A DNA stretch of 63,997 bases, the filler included, from Octopus bimaculoides (taxonomy: Eukaryota), in assembly GCF_001194135.2 (NCBI RefSeq). It is 4 parts of 4 records of this genome, joined end to end, with 100 filler letters (N's around TTAATTAATTAA, not from the genome) between each part and the next. Parts side by side here need not be neighbours in the genome. Positions count along the whole stretch, not along the records: positions 1 to 31,129 come from NC_068988.1; 3 more parts are not named here. One strand, written 5' to 3'. Positions 1-11,600 of the stretch are shown piece by piece; positions within the stretch are counted from its first letter, which is position 1; every line of letters starts with the position of its first letter. Under the pieces are notes generated by a model. The model was not told the origin of the DNA, did no database searches, and saw nothing but the letters and a program-made list of their open reading frames with translations. A program made the position numbers and the translations under genes.

Positions 1-107
1 TCATATATTTACTTACACCAGCACACTAATGGCTATCTCCCTCCCTCCCTCCCCCTCTCTCTCTCTCTCTTGTTCTATATATACATAGATTCTATTCTTT
101 CATTTGT

Positions 108-245
108 TTTTTACTAGTTTCAGTCATTTCAATGCGGCCATGCTGGGGCATCGTCTTCAAGAGCGTTAGCCAAAGAAGTCGAACACGAGACTTATTCTTT
201 ATAAACCGAGTACTTATTCAATCTGTTGCCTTTGCCGAATTGCAA
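108..245 (-). mobile_element. 3' fragment of the major tRNA-derived SINE (family A)
   Basis: ttcagtcatttcaatgcggccatgctgg...gacttattcttt...gagtacttattc matches the reverse complement of the 3' part of the copies at 1467-1823 and 32250-32668. Confidence 0.65.
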
Positions 246-592
246 AGGGACTTAAACACTAATTTATACCCCCAAATGCACATTTGGGGGTATAATTTAG
301 TCGGCTATTAGAGTTTAGAATAAGCTGAAGCAGAACTTAATTAAAATTATAGTTAATTATAACAATAATATTAAAGTTAAAATACTAAATGCATTATTAT
401 ATGCAATTTGATTATAAATAATCCTTGTAAAGCCTAACGATATATCTTCGTTTGATAAGTTGAGGTGCATACTACAAGAATAAGAGAATGCAACGAAAAG
501 ATTAAAAGAATCACATTTTAGTATTGAACGGAGAGTATAAATAAACATTACTGAATATTAGATATTAATAAAAATACTAAGAACCGTTTATC

Positions 593-639
<47 letters not shown>

Positions 640-843
640 CAATCTATGCTACAATGGAGAAAGCAGATTATTAAATAGGTATGTAACAATTACTAAGAGT
701 ACTAAAAGAAGGCAATTATTAAGCGTTGACCGTCTGGAATTTTTTTTTTTTTTTTTTATAAATTCCTGTTTTAAGAAATTACTTATAATTTCGATTTTGA
801 AGTTTCTTGAATTTTTTAAACACCATTTTCTCACAAATTTAAA

Positions 844-1425
844 GGATCTATTTTAAAACGGGGGCCACATTTTTCATTAATGTTTTACGTAGTGATTTTG
901 GTACGGAAAGACTTTCAAACTTCGTATACTTATCTATTTTGTGTTATAGAACAGAAAAATATTTTTGTATTCGAATTTATTTCATGTAAAAAATTGTCTT
1001 ATTTCGATAATTTCAACCAATCACTGACAAGTATTCAGTTGTTTACATTTACTCCTTTGGCTAATTAAGCGATGTAAAGCGTATTTAATCTCCCCTACCT
1101 TCGTTTTATTTGCTTTTTTCATTTTAAATTTGCTTTAACCCTAACCCTAACCCTAACCCTAACCCTAGAGTTAGGGTTAGGGTTAATTGTTTCAGAATCG
1201 TTTGTTTATGTAGTCGGCACTTAATGTATATCGGCTGAATGGACGTTAGTGATTGGTTGAAATTACAGAAATACGACAACTTTCACATGGAATAACTTAT
1301 GGATTTCTTTTTTTTTTAAGAAGACTAAGAGAAAAAAGATGTTTTATATGACACATTCTACCAGTGTTTCAAGTTTCAAAGTGTTTCGTTAATGAAAAAT
1401 GTGGCCCCCGTTTTAAAAAAGATCC
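844..1425. mobile_element. Non-autonomous DNA transposon (MITE-like) with 37-bp TIRs, superfamily unassigned
   Basis: GGATCTATTTTAAAACGGGGGCCACATTTTTCATTAA (844-880) is the reverse complement of 1389-1425 with 1 mismatch; no ORF; TSD not clear. Confidence 0.8.
1136..1186. repeat. Telomere-type repeats in inverted arrangement, (TAACCC)5-TAGAG-(TTAGGG)2-TTAA, inside the MITE
   Basis: Read directly from the sequence. Confidence 0.9.
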
Positions 1426-1466
1426 AATTTAAATATTAAATATTAAATATTAAATATTAATTTTGT

Positions 1467-1823
1467 AGGCGTCGGAATGGCTGTGGTAAGTAGCTTGCTC
1501 ACGAACCACATGGTTCTGGGTTCAGTGTTACTGCGTGGCACTTTGGGCGAGTGTCTTCTACTATAGCTTCGGGCCGAACAAAACCTTGTGAGTGGATTTG
1601 GTAGACGGAAACTGAAAGAAGCCCGTCGTATACAGGTAGATCTATATATGTATGTGTGTGTATATGTTTGTGTGTCTGTGTTTGTCTCCGTAACCTAGTG
1701 GTTCGGCAAAGTGACCGATAAAATAAGTACTAGGCTTCCTAATAATAAGTTCTGGGGTCGATTTGCTCGACTAAAGATGGTGCTCCAGCATGGCCACAGT
1801 CAAATGACTGAAACAAGTAAAAG
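1467..1823 (+). mobile_element. tRNA-derived SINE family A, near full length
   Basis: Head with A-box-like (tggctgtggtaag) and B-box-like (gggttcagt) motifs, internal TA/TG microsatellite, tail gactgaaacaagtaaaag; many homologous copies in the window. Confidence 0.85.
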
Positions 1824-2554
1824 GGTATTCATTGCATTCACTGCGTCCAATTCATCACAAATTTAAATATTCATTGCAGTCACTGCGGAGTATTCCATTC
1901 TCATTTACACAGTCTCGCACTCTCTCTTTTAAGTTTTCATTTGCTACTTGGGAAATCGACAGTTTATTCTATTAATTATACGTAATTTATTATTTATTGA
2001 ATGGAAATTTTTAAAATACCTGTATAATTTTTAGATGCAGGATAGGTGGGAGAAGAGCCTAGAAAGTGGGGTAATTACTATTAGAAGACGAGAAGAAAAA
2101 TGTTACCGACAAGTATTCGAAATTTGCACCTTACTCACAGTTTTCCCAACACTCTATAACTAAACCAATATATACACAAACAAGTAGAACGAGCGACTTC
2201 AACAGGTACACACTCGCGCACACACATAGATACACATGCACAAAAATGAAAGACAATGAATGCGTGTGTGCGTGCGTGTGTGCGTGCGTGCGTGTGTGTG
2301 TGTTTGCTATTCAGACAAAACTTTGTGCTGCATTACTTTTGCGAAGTTCTGTCAGTGAACAGGTCGCGGTTTCAAACTGAAGAAAATATTTTGACACAAA
2401 TGAAATTTTAATGTTGAAGTGAAACTGGTACTACTTAAATACAGAGGTCCCTTAACCAGACTACTTAAACACAGAGGTACTACTTAAATACAAGTGTTAC
2501 GTACAAAACATTTTGAAAGTATGTTGTGTGGACGCCTGTATTTATATAAATACA

Positions 2555-2707
2555 GGCGTTGCTATGTCGTAAGGAGCTTTTTTGCCAATCACACGGTTCT
2601 GAGTTCAGTCCCACTGCGTTGCATCCTGAGCAATTGTTTTCTGTAGCCTTGGTCCGACCAGATCCTTTTGAGTTGATTTGGTAGACGGAAACTAAAAGAA
2701 GTCCGTC

Positions 2708-2710
<3 letters not shown>
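2555..2710 (+). mobile_element. SINE family A, 5' half
   Basis: gagttcagtcccactgcg...gatttggtagacggaaactaaaagaagtccgtcg followed by (TA)n. Confidence 0.75.
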
Positions 2711-2740
<30 letters not shown>

Positions 2741-2845
2741 TAGATAGATAGATAGGGCAGGGAATGGTCAATTAGTAATAAAATTAGTAATTAACAATTT
2801 TGCCGGGTAGCTCAGTATGAAAAAACCTTTATCGGTAAAACCATT

Positions 2846-3019
2846 TATAATCATAAATATATAGGGATTAGCAGTAGCCTGCTTCTCCAACATACTGAGA
2901 ATTCAGAAATAGCAGCTAAAGAACTACTGATTCCAAAACTACAGTAGTTCTTTAGCTGCTATTTCTGAATGTTCAGTATGTTGGAGAAGCAGGCTATTGC
3001 TAATCCCTATATATTTATG

Positions 3020-3025
<6 letters not shown>
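2846..3025. repeat. Fold-back inverted repeat, about 84-bp arms and a 12-nt loop
   Basis: 2846-2929 pairs with 2942-3025 with about 3 mismatches. Confidence 0.9.
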
Positions 3026-3061
<36 letters not shown>

Positions 3062-3749
3062 GTGTGTATGTTTGTATATGTGTGTGCGGCTTTGTTTATG
3101 TATTTGCTTGACAACCGGTGTTCCTGTATGGCCGCAGTCGAATGACCGAAACACATATAAGAACAAAAAACAATACATACAAACATACACACATTCACAA
3201 ATACACACACAGACAAACACACATATACATGTATATATATATATGTGTATGTTTGCGTATGTGTTCATGTGTGCGTGCGTACATGTGTGCTGTAGTGAGC
3301 ACAAATGCGTACGAAATACAAGATAGTCGAAATAGTCTTCGAATTTGATGTTATTCTGTGTATGACATTATGCGCTATCCTGGAAACAATAAATTGCCAA
3401 ACATTTATTTAAATACAGTATATACATTTGGCCAATTCGTCACCAACTGTTGGATAAATTTTAATGCTTTTTCATGATTGTTTCATTTAGTAATTAACAT
3501 ATTTAAATTTTGTAGGTAGACCAACATGTACTAAATCAAACTTAATATATTATTAAGAAATACCTAAACCTGCTAACCGAAACTCTTGATATCAATAATG
3601 ATCACAACACAATATAGTTGATATAGTTTATTTGTAAATTGGGAAAGCAGAGAGCAGATGAGGAAAATATTTCTGCTGAACAATGTAACTAGCTGTCTAC
3701 ATCTGGATATGTACTTACGTAATCTTACAAATATTACGCAAGTACTTGT

Positions 3750-5500
3750 CTCATATTTCAGTTTAAACTCTTCTGTACATTTAACTCTTATTGTTACTGT
3801 TTACCTAAGGATTTCCGGTGTAGCACTCCTACACCGCCACCCGCTCTCGATAGATCACAGGACGAGAATAACTCGTAGTCTTCGTAAATGGATGCTAGAG
3901 CGTATTTTCTGGAGATCCTTGTTTCACTACTGGCAGCCACATCTAGATCAAGCCACTTGAGATCATTGAGACAGTGACCTTGCTTCCAAGCAGATCCCAG
4001 GCCACGCGCATTCACACACTCCATTCTCAGCCCAGTCATGCTAGTCCGAGAAAGAAAAAGAGGAGGTTACTCACCTTGAATTTTGAGAAACCCGGAAGAT
4101 CATAACTTGTCTACTGGCGAAAATTTTCTAAAGCCGCTCCAACTGCCTTTTATCAACTGAATGTTAAAAATCCCCACACTAAATGGGAATTCTTCTCTTA
4201 TAGTTATATAAATGTCTGACGACGTTTTAATTACGTCTGTCGTTTGGGGTTTTGAGGATGAAATTTTGAAATTTCTTTCCCGCTGTCGCTACTTTATTTT
4301 TGTTTTGGCTAACAAAATTCATCAATTCGGTGTTGCACTTGCTCACAACGGTGAAATTGGTGGGTACATGTTGTCTACAGTCTGATGAATATCCTTGGTT
4401 TTGAAGTTCTGTAATTGCTTGTTTCTGTGTTTCTGTGATTTTATGCTGTTCTTGATGTTGCTGCTTTTGAAGTTGTTGTTCTTGTCTTTATTGAAGTGGT
4501 TGTGAATAGTGTTACAGTTGTTTCTTTATATCTTTTATTTGAGGTCTTGAAGTGAGGTCTCTCTTCGTCTTTCACCTACCCCCTTTTGTCACTAGGATCC
4601 ATTTTTAGTTGTGCTCTTCTTTCTCCATGTCATTGCAGCTGATGTTGGTTTGAGAGGCAGAGCGTTCAGGAAAATCTTGCTTTACCGTGTCATCTTGCTT
4701 TGTCTTGGTTTGGGAGTGTGTGTGGTGGCGGGTGTAGGTATCTCGAACACTTGTTCGTGATTTTGAGTTTGTGATGTTTGTAGTGTTGGCAGCGATGCGA
4801 GCTTAGTTTTCCTTGTTTCAGGGCAAAAATTCTTGAAGTGAGTCACAGGTTCATATATGTGACATCTTAGCTTTCTTACACTCCACTAACACTGATAGGT
4901 GAGTACCATCCAAGATACCGATTAGATCAGGAAGTTGGTCGATATGGTCTTGCTTCCATTGTAAGGTCAATTCCATACCTATAGCTGACTAGTTTTGCTT
5001 AGGTATTTTGTTGACCTCTAGTATTGTCACTTCGTCTTCTTCTAAACCTGCCAAGACCGCTGCCTCTCTCAGGTGATGGATATTTCTGGCGGCACATTCA
5101 TTATCCTAATTTTAGCGAGGCGTTCGCTGCGATAGCTGGGGATTAAGTAGTTTTCATTCCTCAAAGTGGTCGCGGAATGACACTTTCCTTCTTCTTCCGG
5201 CCCAAATTTCACCGCAGTAGTTCCAAGCTTCTTTTCTCGGGTGATGTGGGTCTTCTGTGCCCACCAAGGGATTTTGACGTCAATAAGTGCAGACCATTCT
5301 ACATCTTTGCTCTTATTTTTATCCAAGGAAGGCGTCCCATTGTCGAACATTATAATGGCTTCTTTATATCAGCCATCTTTATATAATTTGCTTAACGGGG
5401 ACACGTTGTTCCTTATCCTAAATAAGACTCATGGTGTGTGACAAAGCTGGGTTCTTGTGAACAACATGTTTAGAAGCTACGGCTTCATGTAATAGGAGTG
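3750..5500 (-). mobile_element. Decayed L1/Tx1-like LINE: ORF1 remnant plus the N-terminus of the APE endonuclease
   Basis: Minus ORF 3794-4039 CVNARGLGSAWKQG...LDVAASSETR...GGGVGVL is an APE domain start; upstream ORF1-like frames (5069-5350) are broken by stops and frameshifts. Confidence 0.65.
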
Positions 5501-5795
5501 CAGGAGCTGCACTCTGTTGTTCACAGTCTCTAACTAAAGTTCAGTATCAAATAAATCATATTTGTCTAACTCTCTGTCTGGGTGTCTGTATCCATTTGTG
5601 TGGATGAGTGCAAATATATATCAGTACATATATATTTGTATATATGTGCCGGTATAGATATATGTATGTATTCATATATATATATATAAGTGTGTATGTG
5701 TGTGTGTGTATGTATATATATTTATAATATAATATAATATATATATAAATACACACACACACACAAACACGCACACACACACACACACACACACA

Positions 5796-5827
<32 letters not shown>

Positions 5828-6086
5828 CATACATACACACATAGTTCAAGAAAGGTGCTATAATTTTCTGGGGAGTCGGCGATCCATCATTAGATTGTGG
5901 ATTTTGTTCATCAGAATATGTGGCCGTAACTGATGCAATCAACATTGGATAAGGTGAGCCTCGACATCAGAGTAGAGAAAACCTTACATTTCTGACCTTA
6001 CTATATAGAATAGTAATATCTCTCCCTCCATCCCCCTCTCTCTTCCTCCGTCCCTCCTTCCTTGTCTTTCTTTGTATGTATGTATG

Positions 6087-6132
<46 letters not shown>

Positions 6133-6229
6133 NNNNNNNNNNNNNNNNNNNNNNNNNNNNNNNNNNNNNNNNNNNNNNNNNNNNNNNNNNNNNNNNNNNN
6201 NNNNNNNNNNNNNNNNNNNNNNNNNNNNN

Positions 6230-6273
<44 letters not shown>

Positions 6274-6332
6274 CTTTGTAGTTTGCATGAGAAGCTGTGA
6301 TATATATATATTGCATTATATATTTTTCAGGA

Positions 6333-6657
6333 ATGAAAATGGCAAATGAAAAGCATATCCTTCACAACCTGCTGCAAGTTTTCACCATAATGTTTCTCTT
6401 GACGTTGAAGATTGGTGAATCGATCAATAAGCGACATTATAGGCAAATAAGCAAGTCGGAATGCTTAAATGGTGAGATGATTCAATCACAATACGCACCA
6501 TCCACCATACAATGCGCATCAAAATGTATGACGATTGAAATGTGTGGTTTCTTTAGCTATTGTAATGGCACTTGCAAAATGTTTTATTCTTTCTTCATGG
6601 TGCAAATTTGGACGAAACATTGCAACTGTACATCTTATTTAATGCTGTTTGGAAACA
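6333..6657 (+). CDS. First coding exon: signal peptide plus PAN/apple-like Cys-rich module
   Basis: Acceptor tttttcag|GAATG at 6330/6331; MKMANEKHILHNLLQVFTIMFLLTLKIGES then C...QCASKC...MCGFFSYCNGTC...CNC; donor A|gtgagt at 6657/6658. Confidence 0.8.
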
Positions 6658-6813
6658 GTGAGTATATCATGTTTTGCAAATGTTTTTGTGCTTTTTTTAA
6701 TTCCATTTCCACCATTATCCCCATGCAATGTATCTAACCACCCGAATATTGGGTGCCTCTTTTTTCTTATTAAGTCTCTTTGTTTCATTGATTTGATCGT
6801 GAGATCTTAGTTA

Positions 6814-6952
6814 TTGTACAGAGTCTTGTACAGAGTCTTGTACAGAGTCTTGTACAGAGTCTTGTACAGAGTCTTGTACAGAGTCTTATACAGAGTCTTG
6901 TACAGAGTATTGTACAGAATCTTGTACAGAGTCTTGTACAGAGTCTTGTACA
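6814..6952. repeat. 12-bp minisatellite (TTGTACAGAGTC), about 11.6 copies, in intron 1
   Basis: Counted directly; three single-base variants. Confidence 0.95.
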
Positions 6953-7676
6953 CCACTTCTTTTAGAAGTCGTTACTAGTTGCGTTGAGGCCTTCTATGAA
7001 CAACCAAATATCGGTTTGCCAGGAAAGCTTATATTAAACAGAGCTGAAATTAATGCATGCAAGATTTCACTAACGTAGTACTCACACATAAACTTTTCAG
7101 CCCACCCCAGTATATCATCAGAAAATAATAGAATTGAATAACCACATTTTTTAAATGTAACTGCCGGTGTAAATTATTTAGTCATTTGCAGTTTGGTTTT
7201 GCATTTTGAATGTGAAATTTTAAGAAAGTTATTTGGACATATAATGTGTGTGTCTGTGTGTGTGTGAGTGAGCGCGTGTCGTTACTACACCTTAATATTT
7301 TACACACAAGCGTTATCCATATATGACACTAGTCCTGTACTAGTCCCTAAACAGCAACCAAGGAATTATCACCAAGATATTAACACTATACTTATCAAGT
7401 ATTACACTAAACCCCTCCCCTCATAGCACATAACTAAGCCATTTTCTCTTACTAGCCCGCTTTCAGTCATGTGTATATTTAACTGGAGTTTTTGGTAGTT
7501 TTTTTTTAAGGTATCAGTACTTCAAGCATGCTGGAGACAGGTCGTTTTCGACTTATCAACCTTGATATAATTATATTCATATGTTCATTATTAATAATTT
7601 AATGTATTAATTGTCTATAAAATTTTATAGCATGCTGACTACTTTATAAAAACCATTAACGTGATTTTTTTCCTTA

Positions 7677-7710
<34 letters not shown>

Positions 7711-7738
7711 GTTATATACACACAAACATACATATATA

Positions 7739-7954
7739 CGAGGGGCTGCTGAAAGGTTCCTAGCTTTAAGTAAAAGAAAATACTGGAGCATCAGTTAATT
7801 ATGATTTTATTCAATATACCGCTACCGCCTCTCTCCCATTCACACTGCAGTGCTTTTTCAGTAATCTAAGCCCCGTAAAAGAATTTGGAAGTTTGTGCAC
7901 CGACCAGACCATTCGTGATTCTCTTAATGTCAGGAACTTTTCCGCATGCCCTCG
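7739..7954. mobile_element. Tc1/mariner-type MITE
   Basis: TA|CGAGGG...CCCTCG|TA termini with TA target duplication and partly matching subterminal sequence. Confidence 0.75.
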
Positions 7955-8664
7955 TATACATACGTACATACACACACACACATGTATGTATGTATGTATG
8001 TATGTATATATGCAAAAATCTATTTCGTATACCTAACTACATTCAAAATTTCAAGAACAGGTAATGAACATTTGCATATACATTACGTTTCATCTGAAAC
8101 TCTAAGAGCAGAAAATGTTCGTTTACAAATGATTCTCATTGACACTACGCGTAGTCTTTATAAGCGTCGTCAAAAACCCGAAAAAAGTAGTTCATTTCAA
8201 AGATTTATTCAATCTTAGAATAAGAAAAAAAAATTTAAAATTGAATCCAAGTAAATAAGTTAATAGTTCAATATATGCAATATCCTAACAAATCTGTTCA
8301 TTTGAATAATGCTAAATGGTCGTTTCCCAATGAAATTCGAGTACGTGGGCTGTAACCAATCCTATAACTAATATTAATGAACCAGATATTTTATATGTCA
8401 ATGACGTCTCTCATTTATTCTCAAAACTCTAGCGAGTCAAAGGAACCACATTTCATAGATCGCTGGATCTGCTAGAAATATCGGACAAACCTACCTCAAA
8501 TTACATCCTATCATCTTCAAAATAATGATACACTTTGGATGATATTGTGCTAGATAGGAATATATGACGCATGGAAGGGATGATCATGTTAGAATAACAT
8601 TTCCCAAAGTTGATTTGGTGATAAATAACAATAACAACTTTCTGATATTTCTGTATATTATCAG

Positions 8665-8784
8665 ACTCTGCAGCTTGTGAAATAGGAACCCAAAGTGAAA
8701 GTTAAGATGAAGCTTGGGAAAATTGTATACCGAATATAACTTCTAAAACAAGACTGCACTCTTCACAGCACTTTTCACAGCACT
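8665..8784 (+). pseudogene. Exon 2 (120 nt, phase 1-1) carrying a stop, compensating frameshifts and a 12-nt duplication
   Basis: attatcag|AC at 8664/8665; CACT|gtaagg at 8784/8785; reads SAACEIGTQSES*DEAWENCIPNITSKTRLHSSQHFSQH. Confidence 0.7.
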
Positions 8785-8816
8785 GTAAGGAATAACACAT
8801 TTTATTTAGAATCTTA

Positions 8817-9201
8817 GTGGAGGCGCAATGGCCCAGTGGTTAGGGTAGCGGACTCGCGGTCATAGGATCGCAGTTTCGATTCCCAGACCGGGCGTTGTGA
8901 GTGTTTATTGAGAGAAAACACCTAAAGCTCCACGAGGCTCCGGCAGGGGATGGTGGCGAACCCTGCTGTACTCTTTCACCACAATTTTCTCTTACTTCCT
9001 GTTTCTGTTGTGCCTGTAATTCAAAGGGTCAGCCTTGTCACACTGTGTCACGCTGAATATCCCCGAGAACAACGTTAAGGGTACTCGTGTCTGTGGAGTG
9101 CTCAGCCACTTGCACGTTAATTTCACGAGCAAGCTGTTCCGTTGATCGGATCAACTGGAACCCTCGACGTCGTAAACGACGGAGTGCCAACAACAACAAA
9201 C
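8817..9201 (+). mobile_element. tRNA-derived SINE family B, full length, with 13-bp TSD
   Basis: A box tggcccagtggttagg, B-box-like gtttcgattcc, (CAA)n tail; ATTTAGAATCTTA duplicated at 8804-8816 and 9202-9214. Confidence 0.9.
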
Positions 9202-9282
9202 ATTTAGAATCTTAATAAAGTTTACTCCAAAATCTGGTGTGTTCCATTACAGTTAAAATATTATTATTTATTACTCACGCAG

Positions 9283-9374
9283 GGAGAAGCTTGCAGAAAA
9301 TATATGAGGTAACGAAATACTGGATTATAAGAAGTGTTTTTTATGCTTACTGGAATAATTGGCGTATTGACCAG
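9283..9374 (+). CDS. Exon 3 (92 nt, phase 1-0)
   Basis: ttactcacgcag|GG completes T|GG = Trp with exon 2; RSLQKIYEVTKYWIIRSVFYAYWNNWRIDQ|gtaata. Confidence 0.7.
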
Positions 9375-9628
9375 GTAATACATTTTCAAAATTTCCAAAT
9401 GATTCCCATTTTATTAAACAGTCTGCATAGTAGTCAGCCCATTGTGTCTTGAAGGATATAATTTTTATCTTGTTTATGTCGTTAGTGCAATGGCGTATGT
9501 AATTTCTTTTCTTGATCAAGTTAATTTTATTGCTCTTTTAAACCTTGTCGTCAAACATGCTTCGGTTTTGGTTCCTGTCTTATTTGATTTAAGTCTTTCT
9601 AAGCCAATTGCTCCGATACTCATGTTAT

Positions 9629-9678
<50 letters not shown>

Positions 9679-10479
9679 AGGCATATACATACACACATTC
9701 GTGCACACACACATACATCCACAAACCTTCTTGTTTTGTTAACCGTAAAAAGCCTACCAGCTAAGAAGTTCAAGTTGCGTGGGAAACTCTACGTGATCGT
9801 TTAATTTGCAGGAAATAACAACCAAATCTAGCACAAATCAGAAATTACCTTTCTACTGGGTACTGTTTCTTGAGAAACAATATCTTGGGAAAACTATAAG
9901 ATTGGAAAATCTTCGATCCTTTTTTATTAACCGGGAACAATATTTAGGTTAAAAGGAATATGGATGAGAGGCAAAAGCGTTCGACCGTAGAATATTGCTT
10001 TCGGTTCGTTGCGTTGTGTTCCAATAACGTCAGTGTCAAATATCAATGAAATCGACTATCCCCACTCGAGGCTAGTGAATTTACAAAATCGTAAGATCGT
10101 CGGGCAAAATGCTTTGTGGAATTTCTTACGGTTCTCTACTGCACACACCTTTTCATTGTTTGTCTACTATCGCCCCAATACTGAAAAGGTAAATGGTTTT
10201 ATGAAATTCGAAAAGGTTTAAATTCTGACAGTAGAGAATCGTATAAAACGCTACAAAACGTTTTATCCGATGGTCTTCCGAAGGAAAACGGTAACATGTA
10301 TAGATGCAAAGAGAATGAAAGCAAAGACTGAAGACTTTCAAGCGTGAGGAAAAGAGTCTGATTCATATACGTTTATAGAATAGCTAAAGGAGAATCTGAA
10401 GAGAGCAGTTAGGTTGGCAGCGGAGGGAGATTACTGAGGTATGTAAAATAATACGAGAGAAGATAGATGGAGGTAGACA

Positions 10480-11550
10480 GAATGGGAGGGGGAGTTGGTA
10501 GACAATGCAGTAATAGTTACAGCGATAGATTCGGCTGGATTCACTAATCTACTTGGTGCGTATTTTTTAAGGTGCCTCAGTAGAAAAATCCCTGAATTAC
10601 AGGGAGGTTTATATAGAGATGAAGCTCTATTTATCATCCCTAGCAACAACAAATCAGCCATAGAAAGAATGAGAAAAAGAATTAGAAAATTTTTTTAAAG
10701 CTCCACCTTAAGTATTACGTATGAATATGACACAAAGGTAGCAAATTTCTTAGATACGACTTTAGACATTAACTCAGGATTATACCACCACTATAGGAAA
10801 CCAGGTGAAGTTACGAGATACGTGTGTAACTTATCAAATCACACCCCTAATGTATTAAAATTGGTAGTTAAAAGTATTTCTAGGAGAATTACAAAATTAT
10901 CAGCAAATTAGGATATTTTTAATACTCATTCTCACCACTATAACTTTGTTTTGTCTAAGGCAGGATATGACCAGGAAACTACTTTTCTAAATCCTGAAAG
11001 TGTAACATATATTAATAGTGGAAATAATGAGAGCTTGAGTGAGAGGGCCATTACTAACTTACTTAATTGTGAAAACATACCAAATAAAAAAGCATCCTAG
11101 AATCCCAACAATTTAGATAATAATAAAATAAGCAACGACAGGAAATTAGATGCTAAATCTGATAGGAAGCTTAGGTTAGATAATAAAGGTAGTCAAGAGA
11201 AGCTGGTTACTCCACCCTACATAGATATGAAAAATACTGGTAATGGTGACATACTTAATAATCATGTCACGATTCTGGGGAGCAGTGAAAGAGCAGATAG
11301 ATCCCGCCTTTACTTACGCCGTAAGTGTGAAAGTAAGGACTTCGTCTGATTCAACGTTCCTTACAGCTGTGCCATATCTGCAAACATATATAGGAAATTT
11401 ATGGCTATTTTAGAAAAAAACACTTCCCTGCTTCCCATAGATATAACAGAATTTTTTCCCGTAAGACAGTTAGAATCTCGTATTCTACTCTTCCCAATAT
11501 AGGTGCCATCATAGCAAGGTTAAATAAGAATATAAAATGAGCAAGAGGAA

Positions 11551-11600
<50 letters not shown>

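Noticed and set aside
1136-1186. Ancient telomere-fusion scar
   Set aside because: The orientation is opposite to a fusion signature, and the repeats sit inside a TIR-bounded element.
6814-6952. CRISPR-like array
   Set aside because: The repeats are contiguous with no unique spacers, there are no cas genes, and the context is eukaryotic.
8817-8895. tRNA-like sequences at SINE heads (also 1467, 26332, 36941)
   Set aside because: A and B boxes are present but there is no complete cloverleaf, and each continues into a SINE body; they are not tRNA genes.
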